Shown piece by piece: positions 17,980 through 27,700 of a stretch of DNA of 64,000 bases (position 1 is the stretch's first letter; each line of letters begins with the position of its first letter). The notes beneath the pieces were generated by a model. The model saw nothing but the letters and a program-made list of their open reading frames with translations. It had not been told where the DNA came from and ran no database searches. The position numbers and the translations under genes are program-made. Where the stretch lies: sequence record NC_031127.1; one strand, written 5' to 3'.

Positions 17980-18369
17980 CTACTGTGGACCAGAGCAACC
18001 AGAGCAACCGGTGCAGCTGGAAGAACACGACCCGGCGCAACCACCGCCACACTTACCACTGCACGAAGACGCACAGGTACCTGAGCAACCTGAACAACCC
18101 GAACACCCACCGCCGCAGTTAGAAGAACAGCTACCCACGCACGTAGAAGTACAGGTTCCTGCACAGCTAGTACAGCTTGCAGAACACCCGTTAGAACACG
18201 ACCAGCTACAACTGCCGCCACAATCCAGACGGGAGGGAGACCACCCACTGAACGAGTCCGCAGCGTTGTAAGCTTTCGATGCAACCTGCCCGTCTACACG
18301 AGCCCCGGTAGCATAGTTTGCTTCCACATTGTTAACGCGGTCGCGTATGTTTTTCATTGAAATCGCCAT
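17980..18369 (-). CDS. Cys-rich precursor-like peptide 1 (129 aa, 21 Cys, CxxxC/CxxC repeats)
   Basis: Leader MAISMKNIRDRV..VE, followed by an ~80-aa C/S/G/T core. SD aagga. Confidence 0.9.
   Translation of the reverse strand: MAISMKNIRDRVNNVEANYATGARVDGQVASKAYNAADSFSGWSPSRLDCGGSCSWSCSNGCSASCTSCAGTCTSTCVGSCSSNCGGGCSGCSGCSGTCASSCSGKCGGGCAGSCSSSCTGCSGCSGPQ
17983..18222 (-). repeat. Degenerate Cys-x2/x3 coding repeat
   Basis: Same pattern as 17581..17820. Both cores end in CSSSCTGCSGCSG. Confidence 0.85.
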
Positions 18370-18386
18370 ACGTTTCCTTTGTCAAT

Positions 18387-18424
18387 AAAAAAATGAGGAC
18401 GCTGCCATAATGACAGCACCTCAT
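18387..18424 (-). terminator. Intrinsic terminator-like hairpin just upstream of the peptide genes
   Basis: Minus strand reads atgagg-t-gctg-(9 nt loop)-cagc-gt-cctcat followed by U7. Confidence 0.65.
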
Positions 18425-18434
18425 GTAATAAGTG

Positions 18435-19640
18435 TTATCGTGAACCCGCTTCGGCTTGTACGTCGTCGCGAGAAGTCAGGCTGCTGTTGACGTGTACTGC
18501 CGCCTGAACCACACCGCCGTACTGCTTGTGGAGATAGTTCGGGTGTGGGTTATCTGCGTTAACGTGGTTCTGGAGATTCTGCGACAGGGTGTTAATGGAG
18601 TTCTGCAATCCAGCAACTTGCTGTTTCAGTGCATTCAGCTGACCAGAGAGATCCTGAATCTGCTGCTGCGTATCGGAACCGGCGGATTCCAAATCACTGA
18701 TGCGCTGCTTGAGCCCATTGATGACTTGGTTCTGGTCATTGATCATCTTCTGGAGTTGTAACACCAGAGAGTTCAGGTCGGCCTGTTGTAACGCCGCCTT
18801 TTGGTAGTTCAATGCCACCGAATTCAGTTGGTCATTCCACGAACCGAGTGCACTGACCACCGCATCGATACGCGCACCGAGTGCTGTGTCCGCTGCTTTC
18901 AAATTACCGATGTCAGCGAGGACAGCGTTAATGGCAGTCTGAACCGTTTGAATCAGCGCGCGAATTTCGGTTTCAGTGAGACCGTTCGCCTGATGAATAT
19001 CCAGTGCGTGAACATTACCTTTGGCATCGATGTGCGATTGTAGCGCCGCCATCATCTGGGTTTGCATGTCAGACATGGCTGCCAGAATCTGCTGGAGCTG
19101 AACTTCGTTACCGGAGTTAATCGCATCGGTCATCAACGCGAGTTGCGTAATGATGTATTCGAAACCAAACAGGTCGCCGAGGTCTTTAAAGGCCGGAGCC
19201 GCTGCAAAGGTATCCGGGACATTACGCAGGTCAGCGAAGTCAACTTTGCGGTCTTCAAGGTTGGCATCAGCCAACGCCTGTTTAATCGCAGAGATAACCG
19301 CCGACTGTGGGCCACCGACAACCTGTGCAAGACAGACGATATCGGTTGGGATAGCCGGGTTAGTGACGACCACACCCATACAGATTTCGCGGTTCTTAGC
19401 AAGCTTCATGTACGCCGGATGGATGTAAATCAGCTCGTAGTCGGTACCGCGTTTATAAATGGTGTTGGGTTGATTGGCAGGCCGCATACGGAACGTATCC
19501 GCAAAGAACGGCCCTGCTGGGAAAGCGAACGCACGGTTGACCTTCCCCCCACCTAACACAACCGGGACATTGACCGCGTTACTGGACGCAGCCCCTGTCA
19601 GGTCAAGTGGGTATTGAAATAGAATATCTGGCATGGCCAA
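18435..19640 (-). CDS. Tail-fibre-related virion protein with long coiled coil
   Basis: 401 aa. N-terminal YPLD.TG..SN..P.GPFF..L..G.DY module is shared with the three long fibre genes. Heptad-rich C-terminal half and HVNADNPH motif. Confidence 0.75.
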   Translation of the reverse strand: MAMPDILFQYPLDLTGAASSNAVNVPVVLGGGKVNRAFAFPAGPFFADTFRMRPANQPNTIYKRGTDYELIYIHPAYMKLAKNREICMGVVVTNPAIPTDIVCLAQVVGGPQSAVISAIKQALADANLEDRKVDFADLRNVPDTFAAAPAFKDLGDLFGFEYIITQLALMTDAINSGNEVQLQQILAAMSDMQTQMMAALQSHIDAKGNVHALDIHQANGLTETEIRALIQTVQTAINAVLADIGNLKAADTALGARIDAVVSALGSWNDQLNSVALNYQKAALQQADLNSLVLQLQKMINDQNQVINGLKQRISDLESAGSDTQQQIQDLSGQLNALKQQVAGLQNSINTLSQNLQNHVNADNPHPNYLHKQYGGVVQAAVHVNSSLTSRDDVQAEAGSR

Positions 19641-19681
19641 ACTCCCTTAGTGAGACGTCCTTGTCTCGACGTGTTAGATGG

Positions 19682-22600
19682 TTACGGCAACTTAGGCATA
19701 AGATTGACCGTCAGTTTTGACGGGGTGACCGTTCCGCCGTAATAGTTGACCCCGTTGCCGATGTACAACGCGTTGTCGGCAATAAGCATGGGTATCGGTT
19801 GGCGGAAGATGACATCTCCATGAACAATCGGGAAATAATCATCGATGGAAACACCTGCTGGCATGGCGACTTTATAAACATCAAGCACACCACCAGTGAT
19901 ACGCCCCGCCGCACCCTGTACGTTCGTTATGGCACGAATGGCCACAGTAGCAGCATCGGAGATATAGAACACCGTCGCTGTGCCGTTATCCACGTTGGAG
20001 ACACTGAACGCAGCGAACGCGGTGGTCTGACCCCCGTTGATACCATTAAACACGAATGTGTTTTTGACCCCCACCTCGGCAGCAAGTGTGACCTCAGCCA
20101 GTGCAGAAGAAAACGTTGCAGAAACATCGAGGTTGGCGTTGGTACATCCAATGGTGCCGGAGCCCAAAGAGTAACCACTCTTCAATTTGATTTTCACCGT
20201 CGGGGTCGACGGGGTAATCTCCACAATCATTTTCCACGCAATCGAGATGACAGCCGACATCCCCGGAATACCCACCAAATACGCATTGTCTACATCAGAA
20301 GCCTGACCAAAGTTGGCACCCTTCATCGTGAACTTCTTGTAGTCTTTAGGCAAGGTAGCGACCGGCGCATCCCGCAGCAACTCGATAGGAACCTTGTGGC
20401 TTTGAGACGCGAAGACCGGGCCAATCTGCGACATATCCAGATACCCATCACCGGTAGCCGCCGGAGCAGAAAGGGGTTGCTTACGCAATAGCCCCAGTCG
20501 CGAAAGCCGCGCTTCACTGTCCACATTCACATCGTGGCTGTAGACCGTGGCGGTATGCTCCGCCAACTGTTTCAACTCGCCCAAGCGTTTCACTTTTGTG
20601 AACTCAGACGACAAGATACGCTGACTGTCGGTGACTACCGTCCCGATAAACAACCGGGTATCCGTATCGGGCATTTTCTGCGTCAAAAGCTGGTATTCCG
20701 GTTTGCCGTTCACCACCGCCGCGTGCATGTAGAACGTACGGTTTTGGTACGCACCGGGGAACAACGTCTTGAGGTTCTGGTTATACGCATCCAACGTGTA
20801 ATAGTCGGAACCAAACCGTAAGCTCTCAGACTCGGTGATGTACAGCTCCCACCCTTCTGCGGTTTTTACCCCAGCAACGATTGCAACATTCCCCGCAGGG
20901 GTGTAGTTTGTCACCCCTGCCGCAACAAAGTCGTTCGGTGGTGCGCTTGGGCCTGCGAAATAAGACGGTGAAATCACCTGCCCGTTTGACCGCAGCATTC
21001 GCTCCCCAACAAACGAAAGGATGGTAGCATAGTTGTAAAACGTGCTGCCGAGCACCCCCGCCTTCGTCGCCGTCAGCTTACCTCCGTTCAAACTGAAAAT
21101 CAGCTCAAGGTGGTACGCCGCGGATGACCCCACGACCTGCCGAATCATGAAGTTCGGCAAGTGCATGATGCCCGTACCGTCACCTTTCTCGTAGAAGATT
21201 GGTTGGCCCATTCTGCTGCTGTGCCCAGAATAGTTGGTATTCTGAATGAGTTGCAGGTTGCTGTACGTCGCGATGTTGGTGTATACAACGTCAGCTGTGG
21301 TCGTGACCAGCTGAACAACCCCGTTCACGACGCTCGGGTAGATTTGGAACGTAACATTCCCTAACCGCTTATTGCCGTTATAGAGTGCGTAGTACGACAT
21401 TTGTGCAATCCAAATCGGATTGGCATCAAGGGGTCGAATCGCCCACACGGAAAAGAGGAGGTTAATCGGGTTGGCAATGCTGTCCGCCACCTCACCTGCC
21501 GGTGCTGCCGCTTTTAAGGCCGCCGTTATCTTGTTCCATGTGTCGGAGGACAACGTAAGGGTATCGGCTTTTGGTACCGCACCCACGGCCTGGTACCGCT
21601 TCACACCGGGACCGTTCCAATACGCGCCGTTTAACTTACCCGACTGGAGCGTGGATGTCGCACACCACGTCATGTCTGCCAAAGCGTAGTAATCGTCAAC
21701 CGAGAAATTGCGGCGCACGTTACTCGGCCCTGCGCCCAAGTACGCGGGACCGTATGTTGTGTTTGGGTCTACCTCGACATACACCGCGCTGTTGGCGTTG
21801 GCGGGACTAAACAGATACGCATTATTGCCCAGATACACCGGATGGGATTGACCGACAGAATACACCGAGCCAATACCGCCCGTGAACTGCCAGTTCGCCA
21901 GAGAGGTGTAACCGCTTTTGTGGTCTCCTGCGATAAAGTCGTAGAAGTCCGCGTCCATTGTCGAGTGTGCTAACCCGTTGGGGAGGGTGTCCTGAGACTG
22001 ATCGTAAATAGACCATGCACGTTGGCCAACCCCTTGGAACACCCGCATGCGGTTATCAGCATTGCCGTACGGGAACCGAACTTTCCAGCCTGCCTCTTTG
22101 AGCTTTGTCCCAGTGGCAAGATACACATCGTCCGCATCGATTTTGAATGGGAAGATATCTGCATTATCCAGCGAGACCGTCAACGTATCCATGTCAATCT
22201 GGAACGAAGTCGCCCAAGTGAAACGGCCATACGAGTCATCAGGGCTCAACAATAACAGGGTGCTCAAAATACCTACCCTGGTCATGTTCTCGCGCTGCGC
22301 TACCGCATACGTCGCGATGTTGTGTGCGATGTTGCGCAGGTTACCCCAGCGTACTTTACCGGCCTCGGTCACATAGGTGGTGCCCTGTGTCGCAGGGTCG
22401 GTCGCATCGGTGTCTGTGTTAGCGCGCAGCAACACTGAGATACCGTTGACGCTGTTCCCCCCTTTGAGAGCAGCAGGGGTGTAAACCATCTTGTCCCCAC
22501 TGACTGACCCTACTAACGCATAGACACTGTACTGGGTATTGGTCAATTCCAGATGAAGAATGTAGACCTTCCCTTTATACACGATGGTTTGTTCGCGTGT

Positions 22601-24673
22601 CTGATCGCCGAGGTAGCCACTGACCGTGCCGTTCGCGTCGAACGAGGCAGGGAATTCACTCCGATACACCTGTTTGTGTTTGGTGTAGTTCAGTGTTCCT
22701 TCTAGCATGACTGTGTAGAAATATCCGTCGCTGCCTAAACAGACAAGTGCCGCATCGCCTGACGCAACCAGTGTGAGTAGCCGGACACCGGGATACTTAC
22801 TCATTCCCGCTGGGTGGTATGGGAACGACGTCTGCTGCTCCCCTGCAATTGACCCATCGTTGTTTACACGGGCATAGCCGTAGTAAATGCGATCGGTGTT
22901 CGGCAATCCGTCGTTTGCATTGCGTAACAGGTAAACGATGTCTCCTTCCTGCTTGACTGCCCCCAACCCTTTCCAGCTCAGCTGTTTCGCAAAACCGGCA
23001 AAATTCCCCACCGTTGGAATAGGCAGGAACCCACTGTTACCGTACGAGGCACCCCCAGTCGTCCACGACGGCAACAGACCGTCCAACACGTCTTTGTACG
23101 TATTAAGGCGCTGTTGTACGTTATAGCCCTGCTTTGACGTCACCACTTTGTTCGTGGTGGTATCAATCGCATCCCACAGTTGCAACAGACCTGCGTCCGT
23201 ATCAGACGCCGTTGGTACGCCCGTCAGGTCGGCAAACGTGTGCGTGTGGTTTGCCAGAGCCTTATTTGCCAACACCGCACGAATGGCGTTGGTCAACGGT
23301 TTCTCAGCAGGCGCGGTGTTGTTGATGTTACCCACACCTAAATCGGCGGTCGTTAAGGTAAGGGACTGTTTCGTACCGTCATCAATGAACTTCTTCCCGT
23401 TAATGGTGTACGTGTTGTCCACGTAATCATCCAGCGTCTTTTTCAGGACGTTAACAGCATACTGCGAAATCGCGGTACCCGAAGAAATATTTGCAGACAG
23501 GTTGGTGATAGCAAACAGCCCCGGCACTTTGTCAGTTGCCGTGGGCAGTTGCGCGTTCATGGTCAGTGGAGAAGACTGCTTCGCTGTACCGAATACCTTG
23601 ATGGTGTCGGTTGGAGAAAAGTAAGCGTTCCCCGGTAAGAGTTTTACTTCGGACAGGTACAACGAGACCATGTCCGGTGTGACCAGATATGCACCGTTAA
23701 AGATGGGTGCCACTGCGCCGTTGAGCACATAAGCCGTGTTCAGCCCCGAGCCCAACTCAACCCCCACACCCCGTTCGTTACTGTCTGCATCAGCAGTGAT
23801 GTTGATAGCACGGGTGGTGGTAATAAGGAACTTATCGCCTTGCAGGGTGATAACATGGCTCGAGTCGGCGGTACGGAATGTCAACGCACCGTTATTCAGC
23901 ACCTTGAGGCGACCACGCAGTTCACCAAGCACCACAGGCATCAGGGTATCGATGTGAGCTTGCTGAATGCCGTTTGCTTTCATGATAGCGACTAACTCAT
24001 CCAGCGTTTTACCGAATGCCTTCGTCGAGTCTACCGCTTTGGTCAGTACCTTTAACGCCCCAATCTCATCCGCAGTGTATTGGTGTGCGTTTTTGATACG
24101 ATGGTGGCTGTACATGTTGTCGTCGAAAATCTTTTTACCGTTGGCAAAAATCAAATCGGTGACCTCGGCGTACGCCACATCCATATCGCCTGCCCGCTTA
24201 ATCAAACCTTGACGGATATCATCCAGCGCTTTCACGACTTCATCGCGGAGCAGGGCTTCATCTAAGTTGGCAGGTGGGTCAATTGCAGGAACCACTGGTG
24301 CATAACGCATCAGTTCAGACCAGTCGGTGTTACGCGGGTCTTTGATGTCCTCTTTCACCAAGAACTTGCCAATCTCGGTCTGTGGTACGCGGTATTCGCG
24401 ACCAATCGAATAGATCGTGTAGTCAACAGAGGTGTCTCCGTTAATCAACATAATCCCGCCGTAGATTTGGTCTTTCATTGCGACAGCGGCTTCTTTATAA
24501 TAGTAGCCGAGGTAGTAATCCAGACCCTCAATGAGCTTCACGCCTGCGCTGTTTTTCAGCTCAAGCCCGGTACGGAAGAACGGCCCCTCAGGAGGGATGA
24601 CCACATTGTATTTGTTCGGATATGTGGTCGTCAGTAGCGTACCGGTAAATTTGGCTACGTTCGTGCTCGCCAT
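19682..24673 (-). CDS. Large tail fibre protein (1663 aa)
   Basis: N-terminal P.EGPFF..L..G.DY module, fibre motifs (DLGVGNINNTAPAEKP, HTHTF, AGLLQL) and a long beta-rich variable region. Confidence 0.8.
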   Translation of the reverse strand: MASTNVAKFTGTLLTTTYPNKYNVVIPPEGPFFRTGLELKNSAGVKLIEGLDYYLGYYYKEAAVAMKDQIYGGIMLINGDTSVDYTIYSIGREYRVPQTEIGKFLVKEDIKDPRNTDWSELMRYAPVVPAIDPPANLDEALLRDEVVKALDDIRQGLIKRAGDMDVAYAEVTDLIFANGKKIFDDNMYSHHRIKNAHQYTADEIGALKVLTKAVDSTKAFGKTLDELVAIMKANGIQQAHIDTLMPVVLGELRGRLKVLNNGALTFRTADSSHVITLQGDKFLITTTRAINITADADSNERGVGVELGSGLNTAYVLNGAVAPIFNGAYLVTPDMVSLYLSEVKLLPGNAYFSPTDTIKVFGTAKQSSPLTMNAQLPTATDKVPGLFAITNLSANISSGTAISQYAVNVLKKTLDDYVDNTYTINGKKFIDDGTKQSLTLTTADLGVGNINNTAPAEKPLTNAIRAVLANKALANHTHTFADLTGVPTASDTDAGLLQLWDAIDTTTNKVVTSKQGYNVQQRLNTYKDVLDGLLPSWTTGGASYGNSGFLPIPTVGNFAGFAKQLSWKGLGAVKQEGDIVYLLRNANDGLPNTDRIYYGYARVNNDGSIAGEQQTSFPYHPAGMSKYPGVRLLTLVASGDAALVCLGSDGYFYTVMLEGTLNYTKHKQVYRSEFPASFDANGTVSGYLGDQTREQTIVYKGKVYILHLELTNTQYSVYALVGSVSGDKMVYTPAALKGGNSVNGISVLLRANTDTDATDPATQGTTYVTEAGKVRWGNLRNIAHNIATYAVAQRENMTRVGILSTLLLLSPDDSYGRFTWATSFQIDMDTLTVSLDNADIFPFKIDADDVYLATGTKLKEAGWKVRFPYGNADNRMRVFQGVGQRAWSIYDQSQDTLPNGLAHSTMDADFYDFIAGDHKSGYTSLANWQFTGGIGSVYSVGQSHPVYLGNNAYLFSPANANSAVYVEVDPNTTYGPAYLGAGPSNVRRNFSVDDYYALADMTWCATSTLQSGKLNGAYWNGPGVKRYQAVGAVPKADTLTLSSDTWNKITAALKAAAPAGEVADSIANPINLLFSVWAIRPLDANPIWIAQMSYYALYNGNKRLGNVTFQIYPSVVNGVVQLVTTTADVVYTNIATYSNLQLIQNTNYSGHSSRMGQPIFYEKGDGTGIMHLPNFMIRQVVGSSAAYHLELIFSLNGGKLTATKAGVLGSTFYNYATILSFVGERMLRSNGQVISPSYFAGPSAPPNDFVAAGVTNYTPAGNVAIVAGVKTAEGWELYITESESLRFGSDYYTLDAYNQNLKTLFPGAYQNRTFYMHAAVVNGKPEYQLLTQKMPDTDTRLFIGTVVTDSQRILSSEFTKVKRLGELKQLAEHTATVYSHDVNVDSEARLSRLGLLRKQPLSAPAATGDGYLDMSQIGPVFASQSHKVPIELLRDAPVATLPKDYKKFTMKGANFGQASDVDNAYLVGIPGMSAVISIAWKMIVEITPSTPTVKIKLKSGYSLGSGTIGCTNANLDVSATFSSALAEVTLAAEVGVKNTFVFNGINGGQTTAFAAFSVSNVDNGTATVFYISDAATVAIRAITNVQGAAGRITGGVLDVYKVAMPAGVSIDDYFPIVHGDVIFRQPIPMLIADNALYIGNGVNYYGGTVTPSKLTVNLMPKLP

Positions 24674-24697
24674 GAAAAAACACTCCTACGTATTGAT

Positions 24698-24727
24698 AAA
24701 AGGTTACCGCCCTCTCGGGCGGTAGCT
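24698..24727 (-). terminator. Intrinsic terminator between fibre genes
   Basis: Minus strand reads ctaccgccc-gaga-gggcggta (GNRA loop) followed by uuuu. Confidence 0.7.
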
Positions 24728-24759
24728 TGCGGGTATCACGCCCGCAAGCGTGTACCCCT

Positions 24760-27700
24760 TTATACCCACTGACCGAAGTCAGTTCCATCTGTGGTGCGCT
24801 CAGCGTCCATCTTAGCCTGCAACACATTCCACAGCCTCGTGGTCATGTGTAGCGGGTTTATCCTTTTCGCTGTATAGCGGTCAGCGACAAACCACATCGC
24901 ATCCGCTACGGTATTTTCCGTTATCGTGGTGAGTAGTGTACCGCCCGCATCGTAGAGTTCGTACGTGAACTCCAGTTTCAACGGATCGGATGTGTACCCC
25001 GGAAGGTACGCCAGCTGAAGTTTCAAATCCCCACGACGGGCCGGTACCGGAACGCCGAGTTCACCGCCAAGGGATGAAGCGTAAGCCACATTTATCACCT
25101 GTCCACCAATGGCAAGCTGACGCACCGCATTGGCTTGTGTGCCTTTGACGATTTTCAGTTTGGCCACTTTGGAGGACTGCGGGAGATTGTACTCAACCAG
25201 CATGCCTGAGATAAGGAAGTTCGTGCCGTCAGAGCTGCCGGGTTTTCCGAACCAGTTGCCGTTCGTGTCGACAGAGTGAACCGACTGGAGCAGCGCATCC
25301 CGGTTAAACGCCAGTGGCAGGTAACCTGCGTGTGACGCATGGAAGGAACGACACCCCATCGGGACTAACTGGTATTCGGTATACCGCACGTCAGGTACGA
25401 ACACTCCCGCAGGTAACACCACGGTCGCATTCTTCACCGACGTGTTCGGCAGCACACCCGAATCGGCATACGACTCGAACAGCGAACGAAGGTACTGGTA
25501 GGCATCTTCAACAAACCCAATCCCGTCCAGCGGAGCCACAGACCCCAGAAGGCTACAGACACTCGTACCACCACCCAACGGTGGCAGTTCAAGTCCAACG
25601 AAGCCACCCATCAGTCCCCGGACATCAACATCGAACTGAATCTCCAGCTCATTAATGAGCAAAGAGCCATCGACGTCGTTTGGATTGCCCGCGAAGTACA
25701 CGCTGAACACCGACAGTTTCCGAAGCGTGACGTTGTACGAGTAACGCACCGCCAATCTCGGAGAGCCTGCTTTCAGTGTGGTCAAATCCATCACCCCCAA
25801 GACCGCTGACGCTTCATTCTTCCGAAGTGACGTCGTCTTGGAATACAGGATGTTGGATTCAAACGTTGGCAATGTCGTATTGACACCCGCATGGGTAGCG
25901 ATAGCGTTAACGTAGCCGTAATCCGGTTCAGTCACACCATCGAGTGGCACGCGCAGATAGCGGTTTCGGTAATCCGCAGGCACACTCCCAAGGGTTGGGC
26001 TGGCAAACAACAAGGCCGGTAACGGTTGTGCGAACAGTCCGTTGGTCTGGTATTCTTCGTACACTAACCCACCTTGGAACGTCGGTGCCCCATTCGCCTT
26101 CGGGTTGGATGGGGTGAACCACCATTGCGGTGTTTGCTCCGTCGTCTCCAGCAGCATGTACGCTTTTTTCGTGGTGCTGTTGCGTGACATCTGCGCCAGT
26201 CCGTACACCGTCTCGGCTCCGGCAGTGACTTCACCGTAGAGGGCCGATGGTGAATTGAACCGCAGTTTACCAATCGGCAACATCGCCAGATTATCCGTCA
26301 GTGTCCAATCACGGGCCGCTGGGATATGTTGTTGCAAACTGGCTATATGGTCGGACGCCTCGTTGGAAATCCCGTAATCGCGCATCATCGGGAAACTGAC
26401 GGTCGGGGTAGTGATGCCGCCCGCAGGGACATCAACCACACCAATCAAGGCGGTTTCCGGTGAAACCTCATTTGTCGGTTGCGGTTCAGCACGACTGTAC
26501 ATGGATTGAGTTACCATGTTCAGATACAGGAAGTGACGATTACCGAACGTTGGGGTCATGAACTCCCCAAGCTGGGTGATCGGCGTCCCGACGTCACTGC
26601 GGTAAATCGGCAGAGATTCGTCATAAACCTCAAAGGCCATCGCCGCAGCTTTCGTCGCGTCATTGCAGTCCGCACGAATCCCCAAGCAGGCAGATTGTTT
26701 TGCGGAGTCCACATCGACTTCCAAGAAGAACGGCGAGTTGCCCGTCCCCACTTCCTGACCATCCAGATAGACCGTCACCTTACCACCCGCCACGATATAC
26801 AGCCTCAGCGTTCCTGTGTACGATTTTAAGCGTAGTTTGGACAGCAGAGAGATAACGGACAGGTTACCCATCCCATTGGCACTCAAGCCGATAGGCGTCG
26901 CTTTTAAGGCGAAGTTGGGTTTGGAGGAAATGGCGGAGAAGTCAAAGTTCGCTGCGGTGTTCTTCACCGCAGGCGTCCAGTTACGCTCCATCGTGTTGTT
27001 CGGACTGAACCAGTTGAACATCGGGGTGGTTTCGAGGTTAATCGACCCACTTACCTTCCCCTCAGCCCGGTCATTCCCCCGCAGATAGAAATACTGGAGG
27101 TCTTTGACTTGAAGGATACGGCCAGATGCAACCGACCACGTTGAAGCATCGATGATGGAGAAATCTGTTGACACTCCGGTTTTCACCGACTTCAACGCAT
27201 CACTAATCGCATCCAAACGATCGCTCAAGCGCTTCATGACGTTCGGTGTCACACCTTTACTGCCGGACAGACCATCGTCCAAATCGGTGTACCGTCCCAG
27301 ACCCTCAGTGGCGTTCGTTGCCAGTGGCAAGTTTAAGGATGCAAATGTGTGCTTGTGTCCTTTATCACTCAACCCATCCATTGCGGTAGATTGGTCAGCA
27401 GAGACCGGTTTGTTGACGTCAGCAGTGTTATCTGCTTGGCTCAGACCAATATCTGACTTGGTCATCACACGCGCCCCGTCGTCCATTGGTTTGGAGTTGA
27501 GCATGGTGGTTTTCGCCACATAGCCCGACGCCTTACCTTCATACGGCTGCAACGAGTCTGGGGTCGAAGCAACACCACTGACTTCGTCGCCCACACCCGA
27601 CTTTAACACCGCGGTACCTTTTACGGTGGTGGTGGCAGACGGTAGCGTCAGTGAGGCTTTAACCGGGTCGGCTTTTGAACCTTTACCAGTGACTGAAATA

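Noticed and set aside
17534-18271. Plus-strand ORFs 17534..17827 and 17936..18271 with PEQPEQ/PEHP repeats, and minus-strand alternate frames 17541..17900 and 17928..18284
   Set aside because: These are shadow frames of the Cys/Ser/Gly repeats. The real genes have SDs, conserved leaders and paralogy, and these frames do not.
17347-18369. Cys-rich peptides as simple metallothioneins or a CRISPR-like/tandem DNA repeat
   Set aside because: The repeat is at the amino-acid level with degenerate codons and no spacers. The conserved leader and adjacent rSAM-SPASM genes fit modification substrates better. Metal binding is not excluded.
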